64,000 nt of DNA from Lama guanicoe (Eukaryota): NCBI GenBank assembly GCA_013239625.1, contig MU053504.1:622001-686000 (forward strand). The letters are read 5' to 3'. Positions 59,871-64,000 of the stretch are shown piece by piece. The notes below the pieces were generated by a model. The model searched no databases. It was not told the DNA's origin and was given only the letters and a program-made list of their open reading frames with translations. How positions within the stretch are numbered: the first letter of the stretch is position 1; each line of letters begins with the position of its first letter. The position numbers and the translations under genes were made by a program.

Positions 59871-61414
59871 CTTGATCAAGGCAAGGTGGAGAGAGAAGAG
59901 AGAGAAGTGAAGATGGCAAGTTACTATCTAGTACAATATCTGCCTTTCTGCTTTACCCAGCGAGACTTGTCACCTCAATCTCTCATCTCTAGTTTTCTCC
60001 ACTTTTTCATTTTTATTATGACTCTTAATGCCATAACAGCTTGCTAGCTGGCCTCACTGACTTTGCTTCTCCACCTTTGCATCCACACTCAGACACCAGA
60101 CCGTGGTGATCATGCTAAAATGCAGATCTGACCATATCACTCCTGTTCCCTCTCTTCCTTTCCAAAGCACACTGTTTACAAAATCATATAAGGTGTGTAA
60201 TAAAAAAACCCCAGACCCATAGCTTCCTCCTCTTCTTGCAGAAATTACAGACCAACCACTCTTAAGTATTTCAGCTGATTCTTAGGACATTTCTATTTTT
60301 CTAAGTAATGTGCTTAAGCTATTATTTCTCAGTGTCATGTATTACCGGTAGACCTACTACTATGGAAGATGATAATTTAGCTCTACATCTCCCTCCACTT
60401 GCATTCACACTTCTGTTCTTCACAACCTCCTATTGTAGACACCTCCAAATCTTTTTATTTCACCAGTATTCAGAATTTATATTACTGTGACCAAAGGAGC
60501 ATTGTTCACAGCTGGGCCATGTAATAAATCATGCTTATATTTCCTTCCTTGTGCAGCTTTTTGCTTTCCAGGAATTTTTAATGGTCTCATTCTTTTTATT
60601 TGCTTAGTTTTCTATGAACCTATGACAACTTCATCCCCAGACTTCCTGCCAGATAGGTATAACTCTTCCCAGTACTTTTGAAACTTTGTATTGTAGTGGA
60701 CTGCGGCTTAGAATACACGTATAACTGAGAGTGCAGAAAGACGTTTTAGGGGGCATAAATGCATATATTAAAAAAAACTTCTATCATAGTAATTTGTAAA
60801 CACACATGAAGACAGAAAGTAATCATGCTGGGACTTGTTAATATAATTAATACTGCTGTATTTTATATATGAAAGTTGTTAGGAGAGTCAATCTCAAGAG
60901 TTTTCCTCTCAAGGAAAAAAACTTTTCTTAAAAATTTTTGTGTTTATATGAGATGATAGATGTTCACTAAACTTATTGTGGTAATTATTTTGTGATGTAT
61001 GTGAATTAAATCATTATGTTACACACCTAAGCTTACAGTGTCGTATGTCAATTATATCAAAGTAAAACTGGAAGAAAAAAATAGAAAGTGCCTATCATGG
61101 GACTTTAACAATGATCAACAAATGGCCAATCTTATTTTATCTTTATTCTTGTACCTTCCATAGGTTATTTTAAAGGAAATGCCAGACAAACTATTATGTT
61201 ATTCACAATTACCTCAGCATATATATCTAAGAGTTAAGAATTCTTTTTAAAACACAATAATAATGCCAGTATTGTACTTAAAATTTAATAATAATTTCTT
61301 AATATTCTAATATTTGTTAATATTTAAATTTCCTGCTTGTCTCACAAAAGCACTTTACAGGTGGTTTATTTGTCTCAGTATGCAAACAAGATCCATATGT
61401 TGCTATGTCTTTTA

Positions 61415-63363
61415 TTTTTAATTTAATTTGAATTTTTATTGACATATAGTTGACTTATAATATTGTGTTAGTTTCAGGTTTACAGCATAGTGATTCAGTA
61501 TTTTTGCAGATTATATTCCATTATAGGCTATTACAAGATATGAGATATAATCCCCCGTGATATACAGTAGATCCTTGTTGCGTCTCTGTTTTGCATATAG
61601 TCATTTGTATCTGTTAATCCCATAGCTGTAATTTGTCTCTCCTCCTTGGGATCCACAAGTTTGTTTTCTATATTTGTGAGTCTGTTTCTGTTTTGTATAT
61701 TCATTCATTTGTATTATTTTTTAGATTCCACATATAAGTGATATCATATAGTACTTGTCTTTCTTTGACTTATTTCACTAAGCATAATATTCTCTGTGTC
61801 CATCCATATTGCTGTAAATGGCAGTATTTCATTCTTTTTTATGGCTGAGGAATATTCCATTGTGTGTATATCTTCTTAATCCAGTCATCTGTTGATGGGT
61901 ACTTGGTTGTTTCTATATCTTTAAACATTGGGGTACATGTATCTTCTTGAGTTAGTTTTTTTGTTTGTTCCAGATATATATCCAGGAGTGGAATTGCTGG
62001 ATCATATGATAGTTCTGTTTTTAGTTTTTTAAGGAACCTCCATACTGTTTTCCTTAGTGGCTGCAGCAATTTACATTCCCACCAACAATGTAGAAGGATT
62101 TTCTTTTCTCCACATTTTCTCCAACATTTGTGATTTTTAGACTTTTTGATGATGGCTGTTCTGACCAGTGTGAGGTAATACCTCACTGTGGTTTTGATTT
62201 GCATTTCTCTGATAATTAGTGATGTTGCACATCTTTTCATTTGCCTGTTAGCTGTCTGTATGTCTTCTACTCATTCTTTTATTGGATTATTTGATTTTTT
62301 GATATTGAGTTGTATGAGCTGTCTGTATAGTTTGGATATTAAACCCTTGTTGGTAACAACATTTGCAAATATTTTTTTCCCACTGCAAAGGTTGTCTTTT
62401 CATTTTGTTGCTGGTTTTGTTTTCTGTACAAATGCTTTTAAGCGTAATTAGATCCCATTTGCTTATTTTGCTTTTATTTCTTTTGCCTTAGGAGACATAT
62501 CCAAGAAAATATTGCTGCAATTTATGTCAAAGAGTGTTCCACCTATGTTCACTTCTAGGAGTTTTATGGTTTCAGGTCTTATATTTAGATCTTTAAACCA
62601 TTTTGAGTTATTTTTGTATATGGTGTGAGGGAATGTTCTCATTTTATCTTTTAAACATGGCTGTCCAGCTTTCCCAGCACGACTTGTTGAAGAAACTGTC
62701 TTTTCTCCACTGTATATTCTTGCGTCTTTTGTCATAGATTAATTGACCATAAGTGCATAGATTTGTTTCTGGGCTCTCTGTTCTGTTCCGTTGATCTATG
62801 TGTCTTTTTTGGTGCCAACACCATGCTGTTTTGATTACTGTAGCTTTGTAGTATAATCTGAAGTCTGGGAGGGTTATACCTCCAGCATTGTTCTTTTTTC
62901 TCAGGATTGCTTTGGCAATTTTTTTTTGTGGTTCCATATAGATTTTAGGATTAATTGTTTTAGTTTTTGAAAAATTTCCTGGGTATTTTGGTACAGATTG
63001 CATTAAATCTATGGATTGCTTTGAGTAATATGGCCATTTTAATAATATTGATTCTTCCAATCCAAGAGCATGGGATATCTTTCCATTTCTTTGAATCATC
63101 TTCAGTTTCCTTCATCCATGTTTTATAGTTTCCAGAGTATAGGTCTTTCACTTCCTTGGTTAAGTTTATGTCTATGTTTTATTTTTTAATGCAATTTTAA
63201 AAGAGATTTTAAAAACTTTCTCTTATGTATATTTCATTATTAGTGTATAGAAATGCAATAGATTTCTGTATATTAATCTTGCATCCTACAGCCTTGGTGA
63301 ACTCATTTATTAGTTCTAATAGTTTTGGGGTGGAGACTCTAGGGTTTTCTATATAGAGTATCA
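61415..63363 (-). mobile_element. 5'-truncated L1 (ORF2 3' half and 3' UTR)
   Basis: ORF2 remnants at 62960-63151, 62644-63099, 62463-62735 and 61839-62240 ([37 protein letters not shown]). Confidence 0.92.
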
Positions 63364-64000
63364 TCACAATTACCTCAGGATGTATAGCTAAGATTTAAGA
63401 ATTCTTTTTTAAACATAATCATAATACCATTATCACACTTAAAATTGAATAATTCCTTAATATCATCTAATATTTGTCAGCATTTAAAATCTCCTGCTTG
63501 TCTCCCAGATACCATTTTTTTAAATGGTTTGTTTGAGTCAGGATGCAAAAAAGATCCATTGGTTACATTTTGTTGTTATTTCTTTTAGTTCTCTTTTGAT
63601 CTAAAGGATTTCCCCTTCCCTCTTACTTTTAACAACTGTTTGCTAAAAAAAAACTTGGTCTGCAGGAAAAATCTGCAGAATTTCCCACATCTTAGCTCAT
63701 ATGCCTTTGGTATCATTTAAAATGATCCTATCTCCCCTGTATTGACTGTAGATGGAACTAGAGGGTCTAGTTGATTAGGATCAGGTTCATAATTTTGGTA
63801 AGAATACTTCATGATTCTGACAGCTTCTTACTACATTACATGAGAAGGCATGTGATATTTGACTGTCTTTCTTTTCGTGCCACTAGATTGACTAGTGGCT
63901 TTGGACACTGTCATCTCAATCCACCTAAAGTTCTCCACTAGCCCTTAGACCAGTGTCTTTAACAGCTGTAGACAATTATTATCTAGATCCATCACTTCCT

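Noticed and set aside
59900..64000. IgV or leader exon of the divergent SIRP gene
   Set aside because: No IgV-like ORF appears in the track or by reading. The interval is mostly L1/L2 sequence, so these exons must lie beyond the window or be missing.

Overview
Mammalian genomic DNA, probably camelid judging by Vic-1-like tRNA-derived SINEs (recalled, not searched). It is syntenic with the human NSFL1C-SIRP cluster, and all genes lie on the minus strand. (1) NSFL1C/p47 is complete: 9 coding exons, 370 aa, CDS 25877->7111, CpG-island promoter. It also has a candidate 6-nt microexon inside a MIR and a candidate intronic terminal exon. (2) SIRPB2 is complete: leader-IgV-IgV-stalk-TM(Lys), CDS 41941->33557. 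Its cytoplasmic tail is cut by an early TGA. (3) A 1.47-kb HSPBP1 retrocopy is only partly processed: spliced exons are followed by a retained intron, a polyA tail and a TSD. It stays CpG-rich and shows strongly A/T->G/C-biased substitutions. (4) The 3' half (IgC1-IgC1-TM(Lys)) of a highly divergent, apparently intact SIRP-family receptor is present, with its 5' exons outside the window. The rest is SINE/LINE/LTR/DNA-transposon sequence, including a solo LTR with a periodic CCAAT array just upstream of NSFL1C. All homology statements come from recalled protein sequences; no database search was run.
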